DNA of 64,000 nucleotides from Octopus vulgaris (lineage: Eukaryota): NCBI GenBank assembly GCA_951406725.2, contig OX597834.1, positions 17,546,001-17,610,000 of the forward strand. Reading direction: 5' to 3'. The notes under the pieces were generated by a model that was given only the letters and a program-made list of their open reading frames with translations, was not told the origin of the DNA and did not search any database. Positions 63,586-64,000 of the stretch are shown here, one piece after another. Each line of letters starts with the position of its first letter. The stretch's first letter is position 1. The position numbers were made by a program, and so were the translations under genes.

Positions 63586-64000
63586 TTTCCTTACGAAACT
63601 AAGTACTCTTAAGTGTTCGACTCTGCTCTATGTCTAATTTTGTCAATGGTTTCGCCTCCAAGTTTAGAATATTGAATACGCTTCTGGTTTGTTTTCTTGC
63701 AGGAGTTTTTAGTTGGATGGGTTATGTATATGTGGATGTTTTTTTATATATACCAGTTTTTAGTTTGTCTGATTGGACACAGTTGCTCATGGAGTTTTTA
63801 AGATGCCACTTTAGCATACGGACTGCCTGGCTAATTACACTTTAGCATACAGTCTAACCTTAAAATCTCATCCTAACCCGGATCAGGGTCTTTTGATAAA
63901 AAGCTGTCGTGTACAAATAAGAGGGGTCTAACAGGAATGAAAATAAAATTATAAACAAGATTTAAAATTTATACACTTTTAACACATATTAAACATGATA

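Overview
AT-rich, microsatellite- and SINE-dense eukaryotic DNA. The repeat landscape points to an octopus (coleoid cephalopod) genome; this is an inference. One protein-coding gene dominates. It is a + strand SPATS2/SPATS2L (DUF1387) homologue whose 15 GT-AG exons (2355-46168) I assembled by hand into one open frame of about 568 codons. The short first coding exon carrying the ATG was not found and probably lies upstream of the window. The introns and the downstream 18 kb hold several modular tRNA-derived SINE families, TTAA-flanked piggyBac-type MITEs, hAT, Tigger and mariner MITEs, decayed mariner, hAT, RTE and gag coding remnants, a complete non-autonomous Helitron, minisatellites and several long palindromes. 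Most ORFs in the supplied track are microsatellite or SINE artefacts. The most interesting signals are hammerhead-ribozyme-like motifs of the Penelope type, a frame-essential 22-nt microexon flanked by two fold-back structures, inverted SINE pairs around exons (candidate ADAR or circRNA substrates), two different SINEs inserted at the same site of one MITE family, and an exon-like fragment inside the Helitron. I found no strong evidence for a wholly new biological system.
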